From a virus (taxonomy: Duplodnaviria; Caudoviricetes), in the IMG/VR virus record IMGVR_UViG_3300031269_000018, positions 1 through 54,952 of that record: 54,952 bases of DNA; one strand, 5' to 3'. Within the stretch, counting starts at the first letter, position 1, and each line of letters starts with the position of its first letter. A program made the position numbers and the translations under genes. Below, piece by piece: positions 43,721-53,197 of the stretch. The notes under the pieces were generated by a model, which was given only the letters and a program-made list of their open reading frames with translations, made no database searches and was not told where the DNA came from.

Positions 43721-45760
43721 ATGCGAAGCCCACGTCAAGGAACTGTAATTCTAGGAGGAGGTTTAGATTTAATAACTCCACCACTTGAGGTTCCTCCTGG
43801 TAGAGTTCTACAAATAAAAAATTTTGAATGCGACCTAAACAACGGTTACAGAGTCTCAAAAGGATTTGAACGTTTTGATGGACGTAACTCCCCAACAGCA
43901 TCTGATTTTCAAACGTTAGCAGTAGCTTCAGTAGTCGATTGGGACGAAGGAGAAACTGTAACAGGAGCTACGTCTGGAGCTACATCTAAAATTTTTAAAG
44001 TTGGAGCTGCCAGCCTTTATACAGCCGAGTTAACAGGTGTTTTTCAAGTAGATGAAACAATCACAGGATCAGTATCAGCAGCGTCAACTACAATAACTCA
44101 ATCTGCAACAAATATACTACTTGATGATAATGAAGTATTTAATGAAGTAAGGTATTTAAAAGAAATCTACCTTAGAGATAAAATTTCAAAAATGCCAGGG
44201 CAAGGTGCTGCTCGAGGTGCGTATCGTCATTTAGACATTGCACTTGGAGTTAGAGATTTTAACGATACTGAAGCGCGTATGTACAAGTCAACTGCAACAG
44301 GTTGGCAGCAAATAGTTGCGTCATACATTGTGTTTTTTGACGCTGTTACTGATATTGCTTTACTTGTAAATGGTGCAACAGTCAGTGATGGCACAAACAC
44401 CGCAACACTTATCGCTGTTTCAGTTAAAACTATAGGAGCATCAACTGGGTACGTAGTACTAACAGGAGCCGCAACAGGATTTGCTAACAACGATAGCCTA
44501 TCGGTTGGTGGTTCAACTGCTGTAACTCTCTCAACAGATGCAGCACTTGTAACGTTAGAACCTGGCGGTCGTTTTGAATGGTACTCCTATAATTTTACTG
44601 GAGGCGCTCAGCGTTATAGAGTCTATTGCTGTGACGGTGTAAACCCTGCATTCGAATACGATCCCACAACAAACACAATAGCGCCTATTTACACTGATAT
44701 TGAAAACATTGCAACAGATACGCCTAAGTTTTTAGCTACGTATCGAAATCATTTATTCTTAGGTTTTGCAGATGGAAAAATGCGAAATTCGGAACCGGGC
44801 AATCCTTTTCTATATGATGCCGCCGCAGGAACAGTTGACTTTGCAATTGGAGCGCCTATTAGCGGGTTTGACAGTACGGCAAAAGCACTTCTTATTGCAA
44901 CCTCTAGGGACACGTTTGCGCTGACAGGACAAATAGCAGAGAATTTCACGCTTGATTTAGCAGCTGATCGAGTTGGTGCGAGGCCTTATACACTGGCACA
45001 TATCAGTACAACGTACATGCTAGATAGCCGTGGAGTAGTCGCTTTAAATCGAGCAGAAGCATTTGGTAATTTTCAAGACTCAACTATTTCAAGGTTAATA
45101 CAACCGCTTTTAAATGAGCTGAAAAATTCAATCGTTGCAAGCAATACGGTACTATCAACAAATATATATAAGATATACACAGATGATGGAAAAGGCGTAA
45201 CAGTAACATTTCAAGAAGGACAAGCTATTGGGTTTGGATCTTTTGATTTAGGCATTGGCATATATACAACAAGTACAGCAGAAGATGAAAACGGAAAGGA
45301 GCGCATCCTAGCATCTTCAACTGATGGGCATGTATATGAACTTGAACGTGGAAGGTCATTTGACGGGTCATCTAAAATCTCTTGGCTTCGAACTGTTTAT
45401 CATTTCTTAGAATCACCTGCTATTCGAAAGAAGTTCTATCGAGCGTTTATAGGGGCCGTAATAAGCGGCAAAGCAACGTTAAAGATAGGAGCTGACTTCT
45501 CACTAGGCACTGATGATGCAAATGCGTTAGATACGCTGACAGAAGACGTAAACGGTCAAGTTGGTTCCTGGGACGTGGGCAAGTATGATACAGCAGTATT
45601 TGACGGTAAGGTTGTTTCAGATGTATATTTAGATTTAGATGGCACAGGGGAGTCAATCAGTTTAATATTTAACCATGATTCGCCAAGTGATGATATATTT
45701 ACGATTAAAGATATTCTTTATTCATATAAAACGCGAAGACCGCAAAGGGGTAGAAGATAA
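43721..45760 (+). CDS. Tail nozzle / tubular protein B-like (beta-propeller)
   Basis: 679 aa, GGLD N-terminus, YRNHLF..SEP, follows adaptor. Confidence 0.7.
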   Translation: MRSPRQGTVILGGGLDLITPPLEVPPGRVLQIKNFECDLNNGYRVSKGFERFDGRNSPTASDFQTLAVASVVDWDEGETVTGATSGATSKIFKVGAASLYTAELTGVFQVDETITGSVSAASTTITQSATNILLDDNEVFNEVRYLKEIYLRDKISKMPGQGAARGAYRHLDIALGVRDFNDTEARMYKSTATGWQQIVASYIVFFDAVTDIALLVNGATVSDGTNTATLIAVSVKTIGASTGYVVLTGAATGFANNDSLSVGGSTAVTLSTDAALVTLEPGGRFEWYSYNFTGGAQRYRVYCCDGVNPAFEYDPTTNTIAPIYTDIENIATDTPKFLATYRNHLFLGFADGKMRNSEPGNPFLYDAAAGTVDFAIGAPISGFDSTAKALLIATSRDTFALTGQIAENFTLDLAADRVGARPYTLAHISTTYMLDSRGVVALNRAEAFGNFQDSTISRLIQPLLNELKNSIVASNTVLSTNIYKIYTDDGKGVTVTFQEGQAIGFGSFDLGIGIYTTSTAEDENGKERILASSTDGHVYELERGRSFDGSSKISWLRTVYHFLESPAIRKKFYRAFIGAVISGKATLKIGADFSLGTDDANALDTLTEDVNGQVGSWDVGKYDTAVFDGKVVSDVYLDLDGTGESISLIFNHDSPSDDIFTIKDILYSYKTRRPQRGRR

Positions 45761-46311
45761 TGGCTAATGATTACTACACTGCTCCAGCTGCAAAGCAGCC
45801 ATTAGAGATCATAAGATCTTCGGAATATAATACTAATAACTTAGCCACAGAAGCTGGGTTTGACAAATTACCCGCTCAGTCGCAATTAAATAGATCGCAG
45901 TATGGTAACGATACAAGCACTGTTGCAACGCTTTATAAAATAACCGTACCAGTGCTTGATGTAGCATATTATGAAGGTCTGACTGTCGTATTTGAAGCTG
46001 TGCTTGCAAACACAGGCACTGCAAATATTCAAATAAACGGTGGGGTAATTAAAGAACTTGTAGATTCTGGTGGCACTCCTCTTGTAGTAGGCAATATATT
46101 TACAGGTCAAATTGTAACAGCTACATACACATCAAATTTAAAATTTCAAATTCAGTTTGCAGCAGACTCAGCAACGTCAGCAGCCATTGCATCTACCGCT
46201 GCAGCCGAAGCGCTATCGTCAGAAACAACAGCATCTGCAGCACTTACAGAAGTACAAAGAATTGCAGCACTTCAAGATGAAGTTTCACTCCACTTTTATA
46301 GGAATTCATAA
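45760..46311 (+). CDS. Short tail-fibre/spike anchor protein
   Basis: YYEGLTVVF....NTG...I.ING domain typical of fibre N-termini, then Ala-rich helix. Confidence 0.55.
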   Translation: MANDYYTAPAAKQPLEIIRSSEYNTNNLATEAGFDKLPAQSQLNRSQYGNDTSTVATLYKITVPVLDVAYYEGLTVVFEAVLANTGTANIQINGGVIKELVDSGGTPLVVGNIFTGQIVTATYTSNLKFQIQFAADSATSAAIASTAAAEALSSETTASAALTEVQRIAALQDEVSLHFYRNS

Positions 46312-46313
46312 TC

Positions 46314-46664
46314 ATGGCAACAGTTAAAGGTCAATTAGGTGCTGCTAACGTTCCCGGAGACGGTACGTTAACTGATATATACACAGTACCAAGTGCAAAA
46401 GAAGCCAGCGTTAACGTAACAATTGCAAATAGAGCGGATACAGCCACTCTTTTAAGGGTAGCGCATATTAAAGCAGGTGTAGCTGCGGCCATCGCAAATG
46501 AAGATTACATTCTTTATGACGTAGATACATCAAAATTTGCAGAAAACAAAGCCCCCGTTTTTCTAACTGCTATACTCATGTCGGTAGGTGACACTATAGC
46601 TATCTACTCAAGCGCATCAGCGGTATCGGCTCAAGTTAACGGAATTGAAGGGGATGCCCCGTGA
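46314..46664 (+). CDS. Small structural (tail-associated) protein
   Basis: 116 aa beta-rich, IYTVP motif. Confidence 0.55.
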   Translation: MATVKGQLGAANVPGDGTLTDIYTVPSAKEASVNVTIANRADTATLLRVAHIKAGVAAAIANEDYILYDVDTSKFAENKAPVFLTAILMSVGDTIAIYSSASAVSAQVNGIEGDAP

Positions 46665-47077
46665 ATAATATTCCGTATGGCGGTGGTGGCGGTGGATATT
46701 TTGAAAAGGTTGATTTAACTAGACCTTCGCGTGGGATCAGTGGCGATATTTATATTGCTAATATACCTGTTAATTCTACAACTCAAGAACCAATAATTGA
46801 CGTTGATGGTACGGGTGTTATTTCATGGGCGCAACTTGTTGGTCCATCGAACGGTACTGTATTTCCAGAGATGGAATTGATAATTGACGGCGGCACTCTA
46901 TGGAATGACACTTTAACGGTAACAGGTGTAAGTTCTGGAAGATCGACTTTATGGGGTAGAAAAGGATTTGATACTCCTTGGATGGAACCGATGCGATTTA
47001 ATAGCAGTTTTGTACTACGTTGTAAGTCTAGTACGGTGACGAGTGTAAGTGTTGAGTATAATTTGATAAGGGTTTAA
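46661..47077 (+). CDS. Small tail-associated protein
   Basis: 138 aa, poly-Gly N-terminal linker, GTGA coupling. Confidence 0.5.
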   Translation: MNNIPYGGGGGGYFEKVDLTRPSRGISGDIYIANIPVNSTTQEPIIDVDGTGVISWAQLVGPSNGTVFPEMELIIDGGTLWNDTLTVTGVSSGRSTLWGRKGFDTPWMEPMRFNSSFVLRCKSSTVTSVSVEYNLIRV

Positions 47078-47078
47078 T

Positions 47079-47399
47079 ATGAAACGCAATGAAATAGCGA
47101 CGGGTGTCTTTACTACTGGTGTTGTAGCGAAAAAACAACTGGTACTTACTCGCGGTGAGTTTAAATTACGTATGACGCAAACAGAGCGCATAGCAACTAG
47201 AGTGCTAGCCCTTTCAGGTACTGAAAACGGAATGATAGCGATGGACTTTAACGACTTGCTTAGCGATGTACCCATTGTTGACTTAGACCAACAAGAAGTT
47301 AAAGACGGTATGAATTTTCTTGAATCTGTTGGTGTTTTGGATGAAGGCAGAGCAAGTCAAATTCTTAACGCAGAAATAACAGAAGGTGAAAAGACATGA
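47079..47399 (+). CDS. Hypothetical (possible fibre chaperone)
   Basis: 106 aa, LT..EF..R.T..ER..GRA.QIL pattern. Confidence 0.55.
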   Translation: MKRNEIATGVFTTGVVAKKQLVLTRGEFKLRMTQTERIATRVLALSGTENGMIAMDFNDLLSDVPIVDLDQQEVKDGMNFLESVGVLDEGRASQILNAEITEGEKT

Positions 47400-47791
47400 G
47401 TTCAATTACAGAACCAAGTACTAGTGCATTTTTCTTTGTCGTAGATGATGAAACGACAGGAAGCCAATTTGATGTTTTTTTAGATGTTAATTTTTACAGT
47501 GGATTTGAAACTTTTGACATGCGATTTAGGCCAGCAGGCTCTCAAGATAAGTGGACGTTTATATCACTTAATTCGGTAGATGGTTTTGACAGTGAAATCC
47601 CAACTGATTTAGATACAGCAGAAAAAACATTTGCTGAAATTGATCGAATAGTAGCTCACGCAAATAAAGTTATTGTTTTGAAGTTTGGAGTTCAAGAGCG
47701 CCCCCCTTTTGGAGTACCGTTAATTTTATGGTTATTAAAATCTGGTTTTTTAAAAGAATCAAACAATGTTTTAACGTTTGAGAGACCATAA
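47396..47791 (+). CDS. Hypothetical protein
   Basis: 131 aa, coupled both sides. Confidence 0.6.
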   Translation: MSSITEPSTSAFFFVVDDETTGSQFDVFLDVNFYSGFETFDMRFRPAGSQDKWTFISLNSVDGFDSEIPTDLDTAEKTFAEIDRIVAHANKVIVLKFGVQERPPFGVPLILWLLKSGFLKESNNVLTFERP

Positions 47792-48060
47792 TGGATGATA
47801 AGCGGTTGGATAGAATCGAAGCGAAGTTGGATAAGTTAACCGATGCTGTAACCGCGATTGCAAGAGTGGAAGAAAAGACGCACGCTATGACGAAAAGAGT
47901 GGATGCGATAGAAACCAGAGTTGCAAGGACAGAGGACGATTTAACAAACATTGCAATTATTGCACGTAAAAACTCAGGCGTTGCGAGATTTGCAGATAAA
48001 GCATTTTGGCTTATAGTAGGCGGAGTGTTAGCGGTAATTACTTTTATATTTAAGGAGTAA
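47791..48060 (+). CDS. Holin-like membrane protein (coiled coil + C-terminal TM)
   Basis: RLDRIEAKLDKL coiled coil, FWLIVGGVLAVITFIF; precedes endolysin. Confidence 0.6.
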   Translation: MDDKRLDRIEAKLDKLTDAVTAIARVEEKTHAMTKRVDAIETRVARTEDDLTNIAIIARKNSGVARFADKAFWLIVGGVLAVITFIFKE

Positions 48061-48062
48061 TT

Positions 48063-48449
48063 TTGATATTCACTAAGAACTTTCACCCTAGTACAGACCA
48101 CAAGCTATTATGCACTTGCGGCCATGTTAAGTGTGATAAACGCAGTGTAAATCAATTTACCCTTGATATGCTACAGCATGTACGGGCTGACTATGGCCGT
48201 CCTATGATAATAACATCAGGCGGCAGATGCCCGTACCATCCAAACGAAGTAACTAAAAAGAAAGCAGGCGACCACCAACGCCAATACGCTGTTGATGTGT
48301 TTTACGATAATGAGCTTGACCGAAATAAACTGATGGTACTGGCAGGCCGGTACGGGGCCACTCGCGTAGCAGGCTCAGAGCGTTTAAACTTTGTGCATTT
48401 GGCTTGGACTCCGACTGGGGATGCAAGCGTGCCAACGTGGAGTTACTGA
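48063..48449 (+). CDS. Endolysin, peptidase M15 family
   Basis: CTCG, ITSGGRC..H, H...AVD, FVHL; TTG start after AAGGAG. Confidence 0.85.
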   Translation: MIFTKNFHPSTDHKLLCTCGHVKCDKRSVNQFTLDMLQHVRADYGRPMIITSGGRCPYHPNEVTKKKAGDHQRQYAVDVFYDNELDRNKLMVLAGRYGATRVAGSERLNFVHLAWTPTGDASVPTWSY

Positions 48450-48450
48450 T

Positions 48451-48681
48451 ATGAAACGATTATTTATTCTTGCCGTGTGCGCTAGCTTACTTACTGGTTG
48501 TTCTTCTATTATGCGAATAATCGATTATGGCGCGGCGGCTAACACTACTGCGGTGGAGTCCTCTATATATACGCTGTGCAACGCCGCAAGCATCGGTTCA
48601 ATAAGACGCGAGTTTGACACCTCTGAGAAAGTGGAGGTTTGGAAAAGGCTGTGCGACGAGAAAACAGATTTTGAACCATGA
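48451..48681 (+). CDS. Lipoprotein (spanin-like), start revised to MKRLFIL
   Basis: Lipobox LLTGC; GGAG RBS. Confidence 0.7.
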   Translation: MKRLFILAVCASLLTGCSSIMRIIDYGAAANTTAVESSIYTLCNAASIGSIRREFDTSEKVEVWKRLCDEKTDFEP

Positions 48682-49037
48682 GCATCTTCGATAACATACT
48701 ACTCGTAAGTAATGGAAAAGGAGGTTATAACTATGTCATGCAAAAAACGATGGACTATTATAGTGAACGCTACAATAACTGGGTGGTGGCTAGGTCTGGC
48801 GATGTTTTTGATGGCGCTACGGGTGCTATGGATATTGATAGCCGATGCTGGATATTTCACGATGTCCTTTGTCGTGACGGCGTATTCGAGGATGGTACGA
48901 CTTGTACTAACTGGCAAGCGTCGATGGTTTTAAAAGATATACTCAAAGAAGATGGCAGGTGGTTTAGAAAATATTCTTGGTTCGCCGCCACTTGGTTATT
49001 CGGTGGCGGCAAAGCAAGAGACAATGGATTGTTTTAA
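48678..49037 (+). CDS. DUF1353-like protein
   Basis: FDGATG...HD.LC...A...FGG motif. Confidence 0.65.
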   Translation: MSIFDNILLVSNGKGGYNYVMQKTMDYYSERYNNWVVARSGDVFDGATGAMDIDSRCWIFHDVLCRDGVFEDGTTCTNWQASMVLKDILKEDGRWFRKYSWFAATWLFGGGKARDNGLF

Positions 49038-49098
49038 TCTAGGTCTAGTTGTACTATATAGTATAAAATGTACCAAACTTTAAATAATTAGGATTGAC

Positions 49099-51447
49099 AT
49101 GGTTACTAATCAAGGTTTAATTTCAAGAGCAAGCCCACCTCAACAACGTGTAGCGCTGCCTTTTGATGAAAATATACGGACGCAAACACCGCCTCCTATT
49201 ATGCCATTAAATGATAATCCAAACGCATCAACCGGTACAGTGGCATCTAAAAATACTGTTATTAAGGACCCTAGACGTGTGAATCCAGTAATGCCTAGAG
49301 GTTACAATCCTAATGCTGAGCCTGATGATGATATAAATTATGACTCACGTAACAAAGGATTAGTAACGCAAGCAACTGCGGCTCAACGCGACATTGGGTA
49401 TGATCAAGATCCCAGCGTTACTGCGCCAAGAAACACGTTTGAAACTAACATGAATACAACCGTGGCTGGTCCTCAAGGAGTAGCAAACCCTACAAATTCA
49501 AACATTACTGCACCTACAAACACGTTTGAAACTAACATGGATTCTACAGTCTCTGGTCCTCAAGGCGTAACAGAAGCCCCGAACACTACAATTGATTCAG
49601 TAACAAACAAGGTTCAAGTAGATCAAGCTGGAACTGTGACTGATCTAGCAAAAGCAGAATATTTAAAAGCAAATCCAATAGTTGCTAAGCAAAGTGGTTT
49701 TAAAATCAATATGGATGGCACTGTGTCTAGGATAGACGATGTAGCCACTCGTAATGGTAATACGATAACAGCAACAGAAAATAAATTCCAACAAGCGGAT
49801 CTAACTCAAACAGGAGTAGGTCGGTCTTATAGAGGGTCTTCATATTCAGGAAGAGGGTCAGGTGAAATTGTTGATGAAACATCATCTAATTTAAATCGTT
49901 TGTTAGAAGAAGACAGCGAATATATGCAACTTGCTCGTGCTCAAGGTTCTCGCCAGGCAGAAGCTAGAGGATTAGGAGGTTCATCACTGCGAGGTCGTGC
50001 GGCACAGGGAGCAGCGATAGCATCAGCCATGCCAATAGTGCAGCAAGGAACAGATGTAGCAAATCAACAATTTATATCAGCGCAGAACAACACTGCCCAG
50101 TCGAATATTGCGGCGCAGAACAACACTGCCCAGTCGAATATTGCGGCGTCAAATCGTCAGCTTCAAGAGTTATTAGCTCAACAAGACATAGCCGCTCGCA
50201 TGGGAGACAACGAAGCAGCAAGAGACTTACAAGCTCAAATTCAGAATGAGTCAAATAACATCGAAGAATACAAAGCACAGATCCAAACTAACTCAGCTCA
50301 AAACATGCAACTTCAACAGTTGAAACTTACTGAGCTACTTGAACAACAAAGTTTAGCGCAGCGAGATGGCAATGAGCAGGCTAATCGCGAACTTCAAGCG
50401 CAAATTGAGAATGAGCGTAATAAACTTGACGCATTTACGGTTGAAGCAGGTATAAACTCCAATCAAGATATGCAAGCACAGAGATTAAAACTTGATGAGC
50501 TTTTGAAGAAAAAAGAAATGGCCTTAGCGACTGGCAATGCAGATGCGGATAGAGAATTAACAGCTCAAATTAAAAATGCAGAAATGATTTATTCTGCTTG
50601 GGAATCTGCAACATCCATTGAGTCAAATGAGTTCTTGCAGACAGAGCAAATGAAGCTAAATGAATTACTTACTAAGTATCAAACAAATGCTGATCAAGGT
50701 AATAACGAGGCTAATCGTGAACTACAAGCGGATATTGAATCACAGCGGAATATAGTTGAAACGTGGAAAACAGCAACAACAGTTGAATCAAACGAGTTCT
50801 TGCAGACAGAACAGCTTAAACTAACTGAGATGCTTACTAAATATGAAACAAATGCCGAGCAAGGCAATAACGAAGCCAATCGTGAATTGCAAGCAGATAT
50901 TGAGACACAGCGAAATAAAATTGAAACTTGGAAAACAACTACAAATCTTGAATCTAATGAATACATGCAATTTCAGCAGTTTGAACAGTCAGATGAACAA
51001 GCTGCATTAGATAGAGAACTGCAGAAGAACATGCAAGGAATTGATATCGATTATCGCAAGTGGTTGGAGCAAACAACTTTTGAACACCAAGGCATCTTGC
51101 AAGGAAACCAACAAGCATCAACGGCCTATAATACATACACAGAAGCGGCAACGAATATATTAAATAATCCTGAGACATCATCTGCTCAGAAGAGTTCTTC
51201 CGTTCGATCTTTACAGACGGGACTTACAGACCAGTTAGAACTTATATCACTAACAGCAGGAATTGATTTAAGTGAGTTTTTAAGTACCGCAGGATCCGTA
51301 GGGAATTTTGAGCAAAGAGATTTTGACGGTCCATTTGCAGGCGGTGGTGCAGGCGGTGGTGCAGGCGGTGGTGCAGGCGGTGGTGCAGGCGGTGGTGCAG
51401 GCGGTGGTGCAGGTCGCGCTCGCGGTAGACAAGGTTATTACGGATAA
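49099..51447 (+). CDS. Internal virion/ejection protein with 29-aa and 55-aa repeats
   Basis: S.YMQLAR.QG..QA..RGL..SS motif; Q/N/E-rich repeats; position before DNA-transfer genes. Confidence 0.65.
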   Translation: MVTNQGLISRASPPQQRVALPFDENIRTQTPPPIMPLNDNPNASTGTVASKNTVIKDPRRVNPVMPRGYNPNAEPDDDINYDSRNKGLVTQATAAQRDIGYDQDPSVTAPRNTFETNMNTTVAGPQGVANPTNSNITAPTNTFETNMDSTVSGPQGVTEAPNTTIDSVTNKVQVDQAGTVTDLAKAEYLKANPIVAKQSGFKINMDGTVSRIDDVATRNGNTITATENKFQQADLTQTGVGRSYRGSSYSGRGSGEIVDETSSNLNRLLEEDSEYMQLARAQGSRQAEARGLGGSSLRGRAAQGAAIASAMPIVQQGTDVANQQFISAQNNTAQSNIAAQNNTAQSNIAASNRQLQELLAQQDIAARMGDNEAARDLQAQIQNESNNIEEYKAQIQTNSAQNMQLQQLKLTELLEQQSLAQRDGNEQANRELQAQIENERNKLDAFTVEAGINSNQDMQAQRLKLDELLKKKEMALATGNADADRELTAQIKNAEMIYSAWESATSIESNEFLQTEQMKLNELLTKYQTNADQGNNEANRELQADIESQRNIVETWKTATTVESNEFLQTEQLKLTEMLTKYETNAEQGNNEANRELQADIETQRNKIETWKTTTNLESNEYMQFQQFEQSDEQAALDRELQKNMQGIDIDYRKWLEQTTFEHQGILQGNQQASTAYNTYTEAATNILNNPETSSAQKSSSVRSLQTGLTDQLELISLTAGIDLSEFLSTAGSVGNFEQRDFDGPFAGGGAGGGAGGGAGGGAGGGAGGGAGRARGRQGYYG
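50080..50145 (+). repeat. Perfect 33-bp tandem duplication (AQNNTAQSNIA x2)
   Basis: Direct reading. Confidence 0.9.
51337..51408 (+). repeat. 12-bp tandem repeat (GCAGGCGGTGGT)x6 encoding (AGGG)n
   Basis: Direct reading. Confidence 0.95.
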
Positions 51448-51455
51448 AAAATACA

Positions 51456-51902
51456 GTGACGGTTACAAAAGCGTGTTTTTCAGATTTACAGCAAATGGCG
51501 GTACTTGGCAGTCACGTAACGAAGACAGTCATGCCTTTTTTGCCAAATGATAAAGATCGAGTATACTCACTAATGAAAGGGTATATTTCGGATAGAAATG
51601 CGATGTTATTGGTTTCAAAAAACAACGGTGTTATTCAAGGTGGTGCATTAGCAATAACAGCTAACAATCCATACGCAAAGAAAATGAATACTCAGCTCAT
51701 TGGACTTTACACTGATATAACAGGCGATGGGATTGAAATGTTTTCTCGTATCAATAACTGGTTTGAAAGTCGCGCCAACAGTTTAATATTATGTTATGCA
51801 GCACCGGCAGATACACGCCTAGATAAGTTACTGCATTTAAAATTCAATCTACAGCGTCAAGGTACGATGCTAGTCAGGAGACGGTACAATGGGATTTCTT
51901 AG
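51456..51902 (+). CDS. GNAT-like protein
   Basis: 148 aa alpha/beta pattern; GNAT-like genes often sit among podovirus ejection genes. Confidence 0.5.
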   Translation: MTVTKACFSDLQQMAVLGSHVTKTVMPFLPNDKDRVYSLMKGYISDRNAMLLVSKNNGVIQGGALAITANNPYAKKMNTQLIGLYTDITGDGIEMFSRINNWFESRANSLILCYAAPADTRLDKLLHLKFNLQRQGTMLVRRRYNGIS

Positions 51903-52677
51903 TAGTATTGTAAAAGGCGTCAAAGGCATTTTCAAAGGGATCAAGAAAGTAGTTAGCTCTGCATGGAAAGGAATTAAGAAATTTGCCAAAAGTAAAGTTG
52001 GTAAACTTGTTATAGGTGCTGCTTTAGTTTACTTTGGAGGTGCTGCTCTTGGCGCATGGGGTGGAAGTAGTTCCGCAGCTGCTGCAACAGGGACCGGAAC
52101 CGCTTTGACCTCATCTACTACAGCCGCAGCTAGTACAGCCGCAGGAACTGGAACTGGGTTGGGAACCGCTTTAGCTGGCGTTGTCCCTGCCGCACCTGCG
52201 TTGCCAGGTACACTTGCAGGTGCGGGTGCGGCAGGAGGTGTAACAGGTGCGGGTGCGACTGCTCAGTCTATTGCCGGAGCAACTGCCTTAAATACAGCCG
52301 GAGCGGGAACAGCTGCAGGGACAGGATTAGGAACCTCCTTAGGTGGTGTCGCATCAACTCCAGTACTTCCAGCAGGGATCACAGGATCTGCAGGAGCAAC
52401 GCCTGGGTTTATGTCTAAGCTTGGGACTGCAGCATCAAACGCAGGAAGCTATATGGCAGCTAATCCAGAATTAACCATTGCAGGCGGTACAGCGTTATCG
52501 TCAATGTTTACACCTAGCGCAGCTGATGACTACGAAGCTATGATGAGAGCAAAGCAAGAGAATAGTAACATCGCTGGCGTGAATTACGATGGCTCTGGAA
52601 GTCAAATCGACATTGGCTTAGTAAGACGAGCTCAGCGCGACGATCTACGTAAACCGACATACAACAATAGAGGATAA
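51889..52677 (+). CDS. DNA-transfer/ejection protein (Gly/Ala-rich, membrane-active N-terminus)
   Basis: Amphipathic Lys-rich MGFLSSIVKGVKGIFKGIKK then hydrophobic segment and G/A/T-rich body. Confidence 0.65.
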   Translation: MGFLSSIVKGVKGIFKGIKKVVSSAWKGIKKFAKSKVGKLVIGAALVYFGGAALGAWGGSSSAAAATGTGTALTSSTTAAASTAAGTGTGLGTALAGVVPAAPALPGTLAGAGAAGGVTGAGATAQSIAGATALNTAGAGTAAGTGLGTSLGGVASTPVLPAGITGSAGATPGFMSKLGTAASNAGSYMAANPELTIAGGTALSSMFTPSAADDYEAMMRAKQENSNIAGVNYDGSGSQIDIGLVRRAQRDDLRKPTYNNRG

Positions 52678-52681
52678 GATC

Positions 52682-53197
52682 ATGCCTGAAGGTTTAATGA
52701 GTAGAGCTCAAAATGCTCAGCAACCGACTTCAATGCCAGCGGCCACTCAACAGAAAAGTGGTGAAGGTGAAGCGGTATCGCCTGAAGATCAGCAGGCTTA
52801 TGATGATGCAATGCAAATGGTGGGGCAACTAATCTATAAAAACGAGCAGATTAGTGACAAGCTTGTTGCGATGGTGAAGCAAGAAGATCCTGCCACCGGC
52901 ATTGCAGATGCGTCAGCTTTTGTTCTTAGTAAAATTGAAGAAACATTTCAAGGTGAGTACCCTGAGGACCTAATCGTTCAGACTGCAGATGAGATATCTG
53001 ACTTGATAATGGAACTTGTTGAGGCTTCTGGCACTGTCCCTGAGGTAACCGAGGACATTGCAGTTAAAGCTAAAGGATTGCTGACACAACAGCTCATTGA
53101 GGCTTATGGTGTAGATCCTCAACAATTTGAAGCTGCAACGCAAGATGTGTCGGAAGAAGATCTTGCAGAATACAGTAAAATGTTTGGAGCAGTCTAA
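52682..53197 (+). CDS. Acidic hypothetical protein of ejection cluster
   Basis: 171 aa, GAGG RBS. Confidence 0.7.
   Translation: MPEGLMSRAQNAQQPTSMPAATQQKSGEGEAVSPEDQQAYDDAMQMVGQLIYKNEQISDKLVAMVKQEDPATGIADASAFVLSKIEETFQGEYPEDLIVQTADEISDLIMELVEASGTVPEVTEDIAVKAKGLLTQQLIEAYGVDPQQFEAATQDVSEEDLAEYSKMFGAV

Noticed and set aside
33235-47791. Diversity-generating retroelement acting on Ig or tail genes
   Set aside because: No reverse transcriptase and no TR/VR pair differing at adenines was seen
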